A stretch of 54,612 bases of DNA. Origin: an uncultured Campylobacter sp. Its GTDB lineage: Bacteria > Campylobacterota > Campylobacteria > Campylobacterales > Campylobacteraceae. The notes under the pieces are model-generated. The model was not told the origin of the DNA, made no database searches, and was given only the letters and a program-made list of their open reading frames with translations. A program made the translations under genes and the position numbers. The stretch's first letter is position 1. The number at the start of each line of letters is the position of its first letter. Shown here one piece after another: positions 1 through 9,739 of the stretch. The stretch is from assembly GCF_938045225.1 (NCBI RefSeq), contig NZ_CALINL010000010.1, positions 1 through 54,612 of the forward strand, given 5' to 3'.

Positions 1-195
1 TCTCGCCGTAAATTCGGCTAGGTGGTCTCTATATGCTTTATCGACGTCGCCGCCGCATCCAGGCACTATAAAAACTATGGCGTTAACCGGCTTATCGTCA
101 TCGTGGCACAGTTTGAAGTTTAATTTCGTAGAGCGTTTAACACCCAGCTCCATATCGTCGCAAGAGTTGATTTCGTAGATTTTACTGACTACCAT
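1..195 (-). CDS. DUF2920 family protein, N-terminal part (runs off the window)
   Basis: Manual translation from ATG at 195: MVVSKIYEINSCDDMELGVKRSTKLNFKLCHDDDKPVNAIVFIVPGCGGD..., matching the Campylobacter DUF2920 N-terminus pattern (EIxSCDDxELxxKRxxKL...AIVFI). Confidence 0.8.
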   Translation of the reverse strand, partial: MVVSKIYEINSCDDMELGVKRSTKLNFKLCHDDDKPVNAIVFIVPGCGGDVDKAYRDHLAEFTAR

Positions 196-364
196 TTTTT
201 GCCTTCCGTGATTTCTTGTATTATACCTCTGCCGAGCTAAATTTAGCTTTTTTGTCAAGTGTAATCGGTCGATCGTAAGCTATGCGGTGGTTATACTAAG
301 GATTATGGAATCGATTTTTGGTTTTGATAAATTTAAGCGTAAGATTTAAATTTTAACTGCGAGA

Positions 365-1327
365 TTAAAAATTATTTGCGGTTTTGCCGCCAAATTTAAG
401 TAGAGCCGAACCCCAAGTAAAGCCGCCACCGAATGCGTCCAGTAAAAGCAAATCGCCTTTTTTAAGTCTGCCCGCTTCGTATGCGTCATTCATCGCCATA
501 GGTATGGAAGCTGAGCTTGTGTTGCCGTATTTTCCAACTGTTACGACGCACTGCTCGTTTGTAAAATTTAAGCGTTGCTTGACTGCTTCAATGATGCGTA
601 AATTTGCCTGATGAGGTATAAAAAGATCGATTTTATCGCTTGAAATTTGATTTTTTTCCAGGATATCTACGACGTCTTTGGTTAGCGTCTGGACGGCGAT
701 TTTAAAGACTTCGTTGCCCGACATCTTGATAAATTTCTCTTCGCCACCTGGCGTTATGAGTAGGTTCGCGTAGTTGCCGTCGGCTGCGGTGTGAACGTCG
801 ATGATCTCGTTTTCTTCGGCTGCGCTTACGACCGCGGCACCTGCTCCGTCGCCAAATAGTATGCAAGTCGTTCTATCGGTCCAATCTACGATTTTACTTA
901 GCTTTTCGGCTCCGATTATCAATACGTTTTTTTTGCTTCCGCTTTCAATTAGCGATTTTGCAAGCTCGAGCAGATAAATAAAACCCGTACACGCCGCGCT
1001 TATGTCAAATGCCGTAATGGCATTTATACCTAAATTTTTAGCGATCTTGCACGCCGTCGAAGGCATACAAAAGTGATCGGGCGAGATAGTCGCGCAGATA
1101 ACCGCGTCGATATCTTTTGCGGTCAAATTTGCTCTTTCAAGCGCTATTTTTGCCGCTTTCGTGCCAAGATCGCTCGTATCTTCATTCTGCGCTATGCGTC
1201 TTTGGCTGATGCCGGTACGTTTAACTATCCATTCGTCGTTGGTTTCCACCATTTTTTCAAGGTCGAAATTTGTTAAAATTTTAGGCGGAGCATATGCGGC
1301 TATGGATATTAGCGAGGCTTTTGGCAT
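365..1327 (-). CDS. fabH: beta-ketoacyl-ACP synthase III
   Basis: AACTGF (catalytic Cys), PHQAN and GNTSSAS motifs. Start moved to MPKASL at 1327 to avoid overlap with plsX. Confidence 0.96.
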   Translation of the reverse strand: MPKASLISIAAYAPPKILTNFDLEKMVETNDEWIVKRTGISQRRIAQNEDTSDLGTKAAKIALERANLTAKDIDAVICATISPDHFCMPSTACKIAKNLGINAITAFDISAACTGFIYLLELAKSLIESGSKKNVLIIGAEKLSKIVDWTDRTTCILFGDGAGAAVVSAAEENEIIDVHTAADGNYANLLITPGGEEKFIKMSGNEVFKIAVQTLTKDVVDILEKNQISSDKIDLFIPHQANLRIIEAVKQRLNFTNEQCVVTVGKYGNTSSASIPMAMNDAYEAGRLKKGDLLLLDAFGGGFTWGSALLKFGGKTANNF

Positions 1328-1346
1328 TAAATTTTTCTTTGTAATT

Positions 1347-2336
1347 TCATTTTGCGAAGTGCGAAAGCTCGTCTTCAATGACTTTATTTATATCGGAGTT
1401 TGCGAATTTTAGAGCTTGAAATATCGCATTTTTGATAGCTTTTGGTGTGCTTTTACCGTGGCTTATTATGACGCAGCCGTTCACGCCAAGTAGCGGCGCG
1501 CCGCCGTATTCGTCATAATCGACTTGCTGTTTTAGAGTTTTAAAAACTTTTTTCATGAGAAGCGAGCCTGCTATAGCGACCGGGGATTTTTTAACGTGTT
1601 TTTTGATGATTTTTGTTATAGCGTCGGCTACGCCTTCGCTTGTTTTTAGTAGGATATTTCCGACGAATCCATCGCAAATAACGACATCGACGCTTCCGTC
1701 AAAGACTTGATTTCCTTCGGCGTTACCCACGAAGCTGTCGAGTTTTGAGATCATTTCAAAGGCTTCTTTCGTCGCCTCGTTGCCTTTACTGCTCTCTTCA
1801 CCGTTAGACAAAAGTCCTAGTTTGGGGGATTTTATTTTTAAAATCTCTTTTGCGTAAGCTTCGCCCATTATCGCAAATTGAAATAGATGCTCGGGCCTGC
1901 AGTCTACGTTTGCGCCGACGTCCAAAACTAACGTATTGCCGCCGGTTACGTTTGGCATCAGCGTCGCTATCGCCGGACGAGAGACGTTTTTTAGTCGCCC
2001 GACTCGAAGCGTCGCAAGACTCATCGTAGCTCCGCTGTGTCCCGCCGAAACTACGGCCATAGTTTGTTTATTTTTAAGTAGCTCGATAGCCTTAAAAATA
2101 CTACTTTCTTTTCGCTTTAACGCATCGGTGGCGCCGTCGCCCATAGAAACGACCTCGTCGGCCTGAATAAATTTTACGTATTGTTTTAAATTTTGCGGAA
2201 CGAGGCTTTCTAAAATTTTCGTATCGCCTACCAAAACGGCTTCGAATTTTACTTCTTTTAAAGCCTCGATCACGCCGCCGATAATAGGTTGCGGACCGAA
2301 GTCGCCGCCCATCGCGTCAATGCAAATGCTGGTCAT
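1347..2336 (-). CDS. plsX: phosphate acyltransferase PlsX
   Basis: [18 protein letters not shown] and YGGAPLLG motifs; rpmF-plsX-fabH gene order. Confidence 0.97.
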   Translation of the reverse strand: MTSICIDAMGGDFGPQPIIGGVIEALKEVKFEAVLVGDTKILESLVPQNLKQYVKFIQADEVVSMGDGATDALKRKESSIFKAIELLKNKQTMAVVSAGHSGATMSLATLRVGRLKNVSRPAIATLMPNVTGGNTLVLDVGANVDCRPEHLFQFAIMGEAYAKEILKIKSPKLGLLSNGEESSKGNEATKEAFEMISKLDSFVGNAEGNQVFDGSVDVVICDGFVGNILLKTSEGVADAITKIIKKHVKKSPVAIAGSLLMKKVFKTLKQQVDYDEYGGAPLLGVNGCVIISHGKSTPKAIKNAIFQALKFANSDINKVIEDELSHFAK

Positions 2337-2341
2337 TTGTA

Positions 2342-2488
2342 TTAATACTCTCCGGTAGTTTTATTTACGCGGTGAGGCATTTTCCATGAGCCGTCTTTAT
2401 CTTTTACGGGAACCGGAAGCGTTACTTTGTAGTGCGTTCTTCTCTTTGCCGCGCGAGTATGACTTACTCTTCGTTTAGGTACTGCCAT
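2342..2488 (-). CDS. rpmF: 50S ribosomal protein L32 (48 aa, missed by the ORF track)
   Basis: Manual translation [57 protein letters not shown] upstream. Confidence 0.97.
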   Translation of the reverse strand: MAVPKRRVSHTRAAKRRTHYKVTLPVPVKDKDGSWKMPHRVNKTTGEY

Positions 2489-2505
2489 TTTATTCTCCTT
2501 TATAT

Positions 2506-2862
2506 TTATAGATTTTTACATTTATCACAATAAAAATAATCGCTTTTAAAAGCTTCTATTTCGCTTGTCAATACTTCTTCTAAATTTATAAAACCGTCGA
2601 AAAACTCGACTACATCGTCGAGGTTTTCTTCTTTATCTTTATAAATTCCGTCGCTTAATATTAAATTTACGTCTTCATCAAGCTTTAAATTTATATCTTC
2701 GCCGCATCGGTCGCAGTTGTGAGCTATCTCGCCTACGATATTACCTTTGCAACTAACTAAATTTTGGTTTATTCTTTTGAGTTCGCCGTTAAAATTTAGC
2801 CCGTCCGAGTTTAGCTCGAACGGCATTTGATTATTTGTGATTTTGGCGAAAGATATTTTCAA
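2506..2862 (-). CDS. YceD/DUF177-like protein
   Basis: CDRC and C-terminal CDKC motifs; conserved position upstream of rpmF. Confidence 0.8.
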   Translation of the reverse strand: MKISFAKITNNQMPFELNSDGLNFNGELKRINQNLVSCKGNIVGEIAHNCDRCGEDINLKLDEDVNLILSDGIYKDKEENLDDVVEFFDGFINLEEVLTSEIEAFKSDYFYCDKCKNL

Positions 2863-2876
2863 AATTTAACCTAAAT

Positions 2877-3290
2877 TTAGCAAATTTCTCTTGTTGCAAA
2901 GAAAAATGCGATCTCGTTTTTAGCGTTTTCTAGGCTGTCGCTACCGTGAACGGCATTTGCGTCGATGCTCTCTGCAAAGTCGGCTCTAATAGTGCCAGGT
3001 TTTGCTTCTTTTGGGTTTGTTGCGCCCATTAGATCGCGATTTTTAGCTACCGCATCGTCGCCCTCAAGAACCATAACTACGACCGGTCCGCTCACCATAA
3101 AATCAACCAAATCGTTGAAGAAAGGTCTGTCTTTGTGAACTGCATAGAAAGCTTTTGCGTCGCATGTGCTTAGTTTGACTTTTTTCATAGCGGCGATTCT
3201 TAGTCCGTTGCTTTCGAATCTATCCACGATTTTTCCGATAACGCCCTTTTTTACGGCATCAGGCTTAATAATAGAAAGCGTTTGCTGCAT
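2877..3290 (-). CDS. ndk: nucleoside diphosphate kinase
   Basis: IIKPDAV, GTIRADF and NAVHGSDS motifs. Confidence 0.98.
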   Translation of the reverse strand: MQQTLSIIKPDAVKKGVIGKIVDRFESNGLRIAAMKKVKLSTCDAKAFYAVHKDRPFFNDLVDFMVSGPVVVMVLEGDDAVAKNRDLMGATNPKEAKPGTIRADFAESIDANAVHGSDSLENAKNEIAFFFATREIC

Positions 3291-3354
3291 AAAATTTCCT
3301 TTTTGTGGTTTTTATAAGGCGGTGATTATATCAAAAAAAAATTAAATTTCAAAA

Positions 3355-3375
3355 TAAGCCCCGCAAAAGGGCTTA
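3355..3375 (-). terminator. intrinsic terminator after the ferredoxin gene
   Basis: TAAGCCC/GGGCTTA stem followed by a T-run on the minus strand. Confidence 0.6.
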
Positions 3376-3385
3376 AGTGCGGAGT

Positions 3386-3670
3386 TTACGAGATGACGGC
3401 CGTGGCGCCAGTCCTCATATCGGCGGTTATCTCGGTGCGAGACGGCTGTCCTGCATAAGGAGCGTCCCAAACGATGCAGCCGTCGGTTGGGCAGGCTGAG
3501 GCGCATGCAGGCTCGTCGTTAAATCCTACGCACTCGACGCATTTATCGGCATAGACGTAGTATGCGTCCTCGCCAGTCGGGTTATCCGCGTCGTCTACGA
3601 TAGCGCTCGTCGGACACTCGTCGATGCATGAGCCGCAGCTTATGCAGATGTCTGTTATTTTTACTGCCAT
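3386..3670 (-). CDS. fdxA: 2x[4Fe-4S] ferredoxin
   Basis: CISCGSCIDECP and CVEC...CASACP motifs; divergent from ahpC as in C. jejuni. Confidence 0.88.
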   Translation of the reverse strand: MAVKITDICISCGSCIDECPTSAIVDDADNPTGEDAYYVYADKCVECVGFNDEPACASACPTDGCIVWDAPYAGQPSRTEITADMRTGATAVIS

Positions 3671-3793
3671 TTTTTATCCTTTTTGGTCAAAATTTTCGCA
3701 AGAATATCAAAAACTAAGTAAATTTGATATTAAATTTTTGTGTTAAATTTTAAAACGAAAACGTTAAATTTTTAGCTCTTTTTAATCTTTAGA

Positions 3794-3802
3794 TGATATA
3801 AT
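3794..3802 (+). promoter_or_regulatory. extended -10 (TGnTATAAT) promoter of ahpC
   Basis: TGATATAAT about 35 nt upstream of the ATG, with AT-rich upstream DNA and an AAGGAG RBS. Confidence 0.7.
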
Positions 3803-3835
3803 TTCGCTACAAATAAAAATTATTAAGGAGAAAAA

Positions 3836-4435
3836 ATGTTAGTAACAAAAAAAGCACCTGATTTTACAGCTGCAGCGGTTTTAGGAAGCAATCAGATCGT
3901 AAATGATTTCAACCTATATAAAAATATCGGCGAGAAGGGCGCAGTAGTATTTTTCTACCCTATGGACTTTACATTTGTTTGCCCTAGCGAGATCATCGCG
4001 TTTGATAAAAGATACGATGAGTTTAAAGCTCGCGGTATCGAAGTTATCGGCGTTTCGACAGATAACCAATTCTCTCACTTTGCGTGGAAAGAAACTCCGG
4101 TAAACAAGGGCGGTATCGGCCAAGTTCGCTTCCCGCTAGTAGCTGATATGACGAAGTCTATCGCTCGCGGTTTTGACGTACTTTTAGAAGACGCTGGCGT
4201 CGCTCTTCGCGGTAGCTTCTTACTTGATAAAGACGGCACCGTTCGCCATGCGGTTATCAACGACCTTCCGCTTGGCAGAAACATCGACGAGATGATAAGA
4301 ATGGTAGATACCATGCTATTTACGAACGAGAACGGAGAGGTTTGCCCTGCCGGCTGGAACAAAGGCGATAAAGGCATGAAAGCTGATACCGCAGGCGTCG
4401 CAGACTACCTATCTCACAACGCAGACAAACTATAA
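3836..4435 (+). CDS. ahpC: alkyl hydroperoxide reductase C (2-Cys peroxiredoxin)
   Basis: FFYPMDFTFVCPSE and GEVCPAGW motifs. Confidence 0.97.
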   Translation: MLVTKKAPDFTAAAVLGSNQIVNDFNLYKNIGEKGAVVFFYPMDFTFVCPSEIIAFDKRYDEFKARGIEVIGVSTDNQFSHFAWKETPVNKGGIGQVRFPLVADMTKSIARGFDVLLEDAGVALRGSFLLDKDGTVRHAVINDLPLGRNIDEMIRMVDTMLFTNENGEVCPAGWNKGDKGMKADTAGVADYLSHNADKL

Positions 4436-4447
4436 TCATCCAAATTT

Positions 4448-4470
4448 AAGGGCGAGCTCTCGCCCTTTTT
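4448..4470 (+). terminator. intrinsic terminator after ahpC
   Basis: AAGGGCGAG/CTCGCCCTT stem followed by a T-run. Confidence 0.8.
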
Positions 4471-4599
4471 CTTAGTTTATCTACATTAAAAATATCATAA
4501 AATTCAATATAAAATATCAATAATTAAATAAAAAAATAAGGATTTTTTACTATAATCTAACTTAAAATTTAAATTTATTCGGAAGGAATCAAATTTCAA

Positions 4600-5322
4600 A
4601 TGAATAATATCTATAACGATAGCTCTTTTATGCGCGAGGACGCTGTAAATGTATTTGCTAAAGTGTTAAAAGATAACCGTCAGGTGCACTTTTTAAATCT
4701 TTACAACGGCGTAAAAGTCGAGTGTATGGGCGAAATAGAGCACGCAGAGGATGATAGCGTCGTCTGTAAAGTAACGCTAGAGCAAATTTTGGCCATGAAA
4801 GAGGAAAAAAACGCCTATGTCGTACGCGATGAATATTTTTCCGAAAATTTAAGGGCTGATATCGTCGGCTTTGACCTTGCAAATTTGACCGTAACGCTAC
4901 AAAATTTCACGTATATGCAAAATTTACATGCAAATTTAAGAAAACATCAGCGCGTTTATCCCGATCGCTATACTAAGGTAATCTTGACGCAAAACGGTAG
5001 CGAAATACAGGGCAACCTATACGATATCTCAAGGGGCGGTCTTGCCGTCGTTAGTTTAGATGACGGCGGGTTTAAAGAGGGCGAGTCTATAAACGCCAAA
5101 TTTAAGCTATGTATATTAGACGAGGCAAGCGGTTCTCATAAAAACATAGACATAGATACGGATTTAAAATTAGTCGCTGCTTTAAGATACAAAGGCGCGA
5201 TGAGATACTGTTGTCAGCTAGCCGATAAAGACGGTGCAGGCGAAGATATCGCGAAATTTACCAAAAGACGCGTAAAAGAGACGCTCGAAGAGCTAAACGA
5301 ACAGCTAAAAACCTACCAATAA
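4600..5322 (+). CDS. PilZ domain-containing protein
   Basis: RKHQR (RxxxR) and DISRGG (DxSxxG) motifs; TATAAT at 4551-4556. Confidence 0.85.
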   Translation: MNNIYNDSSFMREDAVNVFAKVLKDNRQVHFLNLYNGVKVECMGEIEHAEDDSVVCKVTLEQILAMKEEKNAYVVRDEYFSENLRADIVGFDLANLTVTLQNFTYMQNLHANLRKHQRVYPDRYTKVILTQNGSEIQGNLYDISRGGLAVVSLDDGGFKEGESINAKFKLCILDEASGSHKNIDIDTDLKLVAALRYKGAMRYCCQLADKDGAGEDIAKFTKRRVKETLEELNEQLKTYQ

Positions 5323-5337
5323 ATTTAACGCAAAACT

Positions 5338-5366
5338 AAAAGGCGAGCTTTGTGCTTGCCTTTTTT
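5338..5366 (+). terminator. intrinsic terminator after the PilZ gene
   Basis: AAAAGGCGAGC/GCTTGCCTTTT stem followed by a T-run. Confidence 0.75.
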
Positions 5367-5461
5367 AAATTTTACCCGCTTCGATTTTAAATTTACCCCG
5401 TAGCTTCACCCGAAATTTAATCAAAAATCAGTAAAATAGCCCAAAATTTACAAGGAAGCAC

Positions 5462-7756
5462 ATGAAAACCATCCAAGAAAATTTAAAGCTATTTTACGTC
5501 GGACTCAAAGACAAAGAGCCGTTTTTTTATAAAAACAAAGACCTTACGACGCACGCGGCCATCATCGGCATGACCGGTAGCGGTAAAACCGGCCTTGGTA
5601 TCGGCATCCTAGAAGAAGCCTGCATCGACAACATCCCGACCTTTATCATCGATCCAAAGGGCGATATGACAAACCTTGCCTTGGCCTTCCCGCAGATGCG
5701 CGCGCAGGATTTTGCGCCGTACGTCGATGAAAACGAGGCGCAAAATAAAGGCATGAGCGTGGATGAATTTGCCGCTAGCGAAGCGCAGACGTGGACAAAA
5801 GGCATCGAAGGCTCGTTTCAAAGTTTAGAGCGCGTGGGACTTTTTAAAGATAGCGCCGAGCTAAAAATTTACACTCCAAAGAGCAGTAGCGGCGTCGGCG
5901 TGGCGCTGCTCGGGGATTTTGCCCGTCCGAGTTTAGACGTAGGCAGCGAGGAGTTTAGCGAGTACGTCGGCTCTCTGGCTAGCTCCGTGCTCTCGCTCGT
6001 TGGCATAGAAAACGACGTAAACTCAAAAGAACACCTGCTCATCTCAAACATTTTTATCGATAAATTTGGCCAGGGCGCGGACGTGAGCCTAGAGGAGCTC
6101 ATCGGCTTTATCGCGACGCCTCCGTTTGCTAAGATCGGCGTATTTGACGTGGAGAAATTTTACCCGAGCTCCGAGCGTATGAAACTAGCGGTCAAGATCA
6201 ACACGCTACTTGCAAGTCCAGATTTTCGCGCGTGGCTAAGCGGCGAGCGGCTAGACATCTCAAAGATGCTTTTTAACGCAAACGGCAAGGCAAAGTGCAA
6301 TATCTTTACGATCTCGCATCTAAAAGACGGCGAGAGAATGTTTTTCGTGACGCTGCTACTAAACGAGATCATCGCGTGGATGCGCAAGACCGAGGGTACG
6401 AGCTCGCTTCGCGCGGTGCTTTATATGGACGAGATTTTCGGATTTTTCCCGCCAAACGGCAACCCGCCGTCTAAAACCCCGATGCTAACTCTACTCAAGC
6501 AAGCCCGCGCGCACGGCCTTGGCGTGATACTGAGCACTCAAAACCCGGTCGATCTAGACTACAAAGGCCTTAGCAACATCGGCACGTGGTTCATCGGGCG
6601 CTTGCAAACCGCGCAGGACAAAGCGCGCGTGATCGACGGTATGACGGGGCTTGCGGGCTCTGCGATGGATAAAGGCGAGATAGAAAATCTCATCTCAAAT
6701 TTGCAAAAGCGCAACTTCCTACTAAAAAACATCCACGAGGACGGGCTATCCGTCATCTCGACGCGCTGGGCCCTGAGCTACCTAAAAGGACCGCTTAGCC
6801 GCGAGCAAATTTCAAATTTGATGAAAGAGCAAAAGAGCGGGTCAAGCCTGGCAAAAAGCTCAAATTTCGCCGCCAAACCGGTTCTGTCGCCCGATATCGC
6901 TCAACTTTACGCCGCAAGCTCAAATTTGCAGGAGGGCGGCGAGCTGGAGGGATATCTTTACGGTGAAGCCAAAGTGCGATTTTATGACGCTAAAAAGGGG
7001 CTTGACGAGGTTCGCGAGGTAAATTTCACGCTAAGGCTGGATGAAGCTCAAAAAAGCGCCGACTGGAGCGAAGCTAGCGAAAATATGCATTTTACCGCAG
7101 TTTCGGAGCCAAATTTCAAGCTCTCCTACGCGCCGCTACCGGGCTTTGTCGCGGGGGCTAAAAATTTCAAAGATCTAACCAAAAATTTCAAAGAATTTAT
7201 CTATAGAAACTACAAGCTTAGGCTCTTTAGTGCATTAAATTTAAGCTCGGCGCCGGGTGAGAGCAAGGAGGAGTTTTACGTCCGTTTGGCCGATAAATGC
7301 AACGAAATTTTAGAGGCACAAACGGCTAAGCTCACGGCGGAATTCGACAAGCAAAAAGCTCGGCTAGAAGAGAAGCTAAACCGCTCAGTCGCAAAGCTGG
7401 AAAAAGAGCAGCGAGACTTTAAAAGCAAAGGCATCGAGACGGCGATCTCGGTGGGCGCGAGCATTTTGGGCGCGATTTTTGGCAAAGGGCTGCTAAGTAG
7501 TGGCAACATCGGCAAGGTCGCGACCTCCGCGCGCTCGGCAAACAGCGTGCTAAAAGAGCGCAGCGACGTGAAACTAAGCGAGCAAGAAGTCGCCCAGCTA
7601 AACGCGCAGATCGAGGAGCTGATGGCGAAATTTGAAGAAGACGCCAGCGAGCTAAAAGCCAAAAACGATGTGCAAAACGTGGAAGTGACAGAGGTGGAGG
7701 TTAGTCCGAAGGGTAGCGATATATACGACGAAAAGCTCTATCTTCTTTGGAAATAG
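5462..7756 (+). CDS. HerA/FtsK-superfamily (DUF87-like) P-loop ATPase with C-terminal coiled coil
   Basis: Walker A GMTGSGKT, FIIDPKGD, Walker B LYMDE and the HerA-type QARAHGLGVILSTQNP motif. Confidence 0.82.
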   Translation: MKTIQENLKLFYVGLKDKEPFFYKNKDLTTHAAIIGMTGSGKTGLGIGILEEACIDNIPTFIIDPKGDMTNLALAFPQMRAQDFAPYVDENEAQNKGMSVDEFAASEAQTWTKGIEGSFQSLERVGLFKDSAELKIYTPKSSSGVGVALLGDFARPSLDVGSEEFSEYVGSLASSVLSLVGIENDVNSKEHLLISNIFIDKFGQGADVSLEELIGFIATPPFAKIGVFDVEKFYPSSERMKLAVKINTLLASPDFRAWLSGERLDISKMLFNANGKAKCNIFTISHLKDGERMFFVTLLLNEIIAWMRKTEGTSSLRAVLYMDEIFGFFPPNGNPPSKTPMLTLLKQARAHGLGVILSTQNPVDLDYKGLSNIGTWFIGRLQTAQDKARVIDGMTGLAGSAMDKGEIENLISNLQKRNFLLKNIHEDGLSVISTRWALSYLKGPLSREQISNLMKEQKSGSSLAKSSNFAAKPVLSPDIAQLYAASSNLQEGGELEGYLYGEAKVRFYDAKKGLDEVREVNFTLRLDEAQKSADWSEASENMHFTAVSEPNFKLSYAPLPGFVAGAKNFKDLTKNFKEFIYRNYKLRLFSALNLSSAPGESKEEFYVRLADKCNEILEAQTAKLTAEFDKQKARLEEKLNRSVAKLEKEQRDFKSKGIETAISVGASILGAIFGKGLLSSGNIGKVATSARSANSVLKERSDVKLSEQEVAQLNAQIEELMAKFEEDASELKAKNDVQNVEVTEVEVSPKGSDIYDEKLYLLWK

Positions 7757-7757
7757 T

Positions 7758-7897
7758 GGCTAGTCTTTTTGGTTTATACTTCGTTGGATTTAAATTTTAC
7801 TCGGTCACTACCGACCAGGTAGCTCCCGTTGTAAAATTTGAATCCGCCTCGTCTAAACGCAAAAATCCTGCACCTTATCCTTTTATATTCAAATTTG
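7758..7897 (+). repeat. dispersed ~140-bp palindromic repeat, copy 1 (REP/MITE-like or structured RNA)
   Basis: Aligns by eye with 20342-20480 with about 12 differences; arms GGATTTAAATTTTAC / GTAAAATTTGAATCC around an inner CTACC/GGTAG stem. Confidence 0.9.
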
Positions 7898-8068
7898 GAC
7901 TCAAAAACCCGCGACGCTTTGCGTCAGCAAAGCTGTGTCGTACCTTAAAGGTGCGGGTCTCGGCTAGCAAAATTTACAAATTTGTCGCCCTTTAAAACGA
8001 CCGATTTATCAAAAAATCAGCCGAATTTAATTAATATTGCGAAATCGAAACAAAAATCAGGATAAAAG

Positions 8069-8683
8069 ATGAACGAAAATTTAATAGCTTACGCCGCGGC
8101 GTATCTGCTAGGTGGTATCCCCTCGGGCGTGATTTTGGCTTATATCTTTGGCGGAGTAAACATCAGAAGCGAAGGCAGCGGCAGTATCGGCGCGACCAAC
8201 GTCTTGCGCGTGCTAAAGCAAAAAGATCCCAAACTCGCTAAAAAAATCGCGATTTTAACCATCGTTTGCGACGTTTTAAAGGGCGTTTTGCCGATACTGA
8301 TTGCGAAATTTTTAGGCCTTGCTCCTGCGACGCTTTGGGCGATGGCGGTACTTTCGGTGCTTGGTCACTGCTATTCGCCGTTTTTGAAATTTGAAGGCGG
8401 TAAGGGCATAGCCACGGGGGCTGGCGTTTTAGCGGTCTTTTTGCCGCTTGAGATCGCTATCGCGCTTGGGGTTTGGTTTGTCGTGGGCAAGCTGCTTAAG
8501 ATCTCCTCGCTAGCCTCGCTAGCCGCGCTTGTGGCGTTTATCGTAGCGACTTTTGCGCTTCAGCCGCAAATCCCTGATATCGACTCCTATGCGCCGATAT
8601 TTTTGATCGCGTTTTTGGTCGTTTATAAGCATTTGCCAAACATCAAACGCCTAATAACCGGGCAAGAAAAGCGCGTAATTTGA
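8069..8683 (+). CDS. plsY: glycerol-3-phosphate acyltransferase PlsY
   Basis: GSGSIGATNVLR, GHCYSPF, GGKGIAT and KHLPNIKRL motifs. Confidence 0.96.
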   Translation: MNENLIAYAAAYLLGGIPSGVILAYIFGGVNIRSEGSGSIGATNVLRVLKQKDPKLAKKIAILTIVCDVLKGVLPILIAKFLGLAPATLWAMAVLSVLGHCYSPFLKFEGGKGIATGAGVLAVFLPLEIAIALGVWFVVGKLLKISSLASLAALVAFIVATFALQPQIPDIDSYAPIFLIAFLVVYKHLPNIKRLITGQEKRVI

Positions 8684-8994
8684 CGACCATTATCAGAGAC
8701 TACGAATTTAGCACGATCATCGGGTTACTTGATTTTGAGCGCGTGACGCCGCAAAAGGTAAGAGTGAGCGCGGAATTTGAAAGCGGCGAGTTTATAGACT
8801 ACGTGGAAGTGATAAATTTGATCGAGGAAATTTACGCGCAAGAAAAATTTGGCACCGTAGAGAGCTCGCTTGAAATTTGCGCAAAAAAGTTGAAGGAAAA
8901 ATTTAACTCGCTTAGCTTTTTGAAAATGGAAATTTTAAAAATCGAGATCGCCAAAAATGCGACGGTTGGCGCAAGAGCTGAGTTTAAATATTAA
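8680..8994 (+). CDS. folB: dihydroneopterin aldolase (FolB domain)
   Basis: IIGLLDFER and IDY motifs; plsY-folB-cosR order as in C. jejuni. Confidence 0.82.
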   Translation: MTTIIRDYEFSTIIGLLDFERVTPQKVRVSAEFESGEFIDYVEVINLIEEIYAQEKFGTVESSLEICAKKLKEKFNSLSFLKMEILKIEIAKNATVGARAEFKY

Positions 8995-9031
8995 ATTTTT
9001 TTTAAAGTATCTTGAAATCTTGCTTAATTTA

Positions 9032-9040
9032 TGCTACAAT
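9032..9040 (+). promoter_or_regulatory. extended -10 (TGcTACAAT) promoter of cosR
   Basis: TGCTACAAT about 28 nt upstream of the ATG. Confidence 0.6.
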
Positions 9041-9067
9041 CCCAACAAATTTTACTGAAGGGAAAAA

Positions 9068-9739
9068 ATGAGAATTTTAATAGTTGAAGATGAGGTAACT
9101 CTAAACAAAACCATCGCCGAGGGCTTGCAAGAGTTCGGCTACCAGACCGACAGCTCGGAGAATTTCAAGGATGCCGAATACTACATCGGTATTAGAAATT
9201 ACGATTTGGTTTTGACCGATTGGATGCTGCCTGACGGCGACGGCGTGGATCTAATCAACATCATCAAACACAAATCCCCGCGCACCGCAGTAGTCGTACT
9301 ATCTGCTAAAGACGATAAAGATAGCGAAGTTAAAGCATTTAGAGCGGGTGCGGACGACTATATCAAAAAGCCGTTTGATTTTGACGTTTTGGTGGCTAGA
9401 ATCGAAGCAAGACTGCGCTTCGGCGGCACTAACGTTATCAAGATAGACGACCTTATCATCGATCCGGACGAGGAGAAAATCACCTATCTAGGTCAAGATA
9501 TCGAGCTAAAAGGTAAGCCGTTTGAGGTACTAACTCACCTTGCGCGCCACAGCGATCAAATCGTCAGCAAAGAGCAGCTACTAGACGCGATCTGGGAGGA
9601 GCCTGAGCTCGTAACTCCAAACGTAATCGAAGTAGCAATCAATCAAATCCGCCAAAAAATGGATAAACCGTTAAATATCTCGACTATCGAGACGGTCAGA
9701 AGACGCGGGTATAGGTTTTGCTTTCCCAAAAAAGCCTAA
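9068..9739 (+). CDS. cosR: OmpR-family response regulator CosR/HsrA
   Basis: Receiver domain with Asp51, winged-helix C-terminus (IETVRRRGYRF), 223 aa, conserved Campylobacter context. Confidence 0.92.
   Translation: MRILIVEDEVTLNKTIAEGLQEFGYQTDSSENFKDAEYYIGIRNYDLVLTDWMLPDGDGVDLINIIKHKSPRTAVVVLSAKDDKDSEVKAFRAGADDYIKKPFDFDVLVARIEARLRFGGTNVIKIDDLIIDPDEEKITYLGQDIELKGKPFEVLTHLARHSDQIVSKEQLLDAIWEEPELVTPNVIEVAINQIRQKMDKPLNISTIETVRRRGYRFCFPKKA

Noticed and set aside
1328..1378. Longer ORF-track starts for fabH (1378), the Sel1 gene (46290) and ttdA (48177)
   Set aside because: They overlap neighbours or lack an RBS; downstream ATGs fit family N-termini better.
7747..7995. 82-aa ORF after the ATPase
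   Set aside because: It overlies the palindromic repeat and has no recognisable RBS or protein features.
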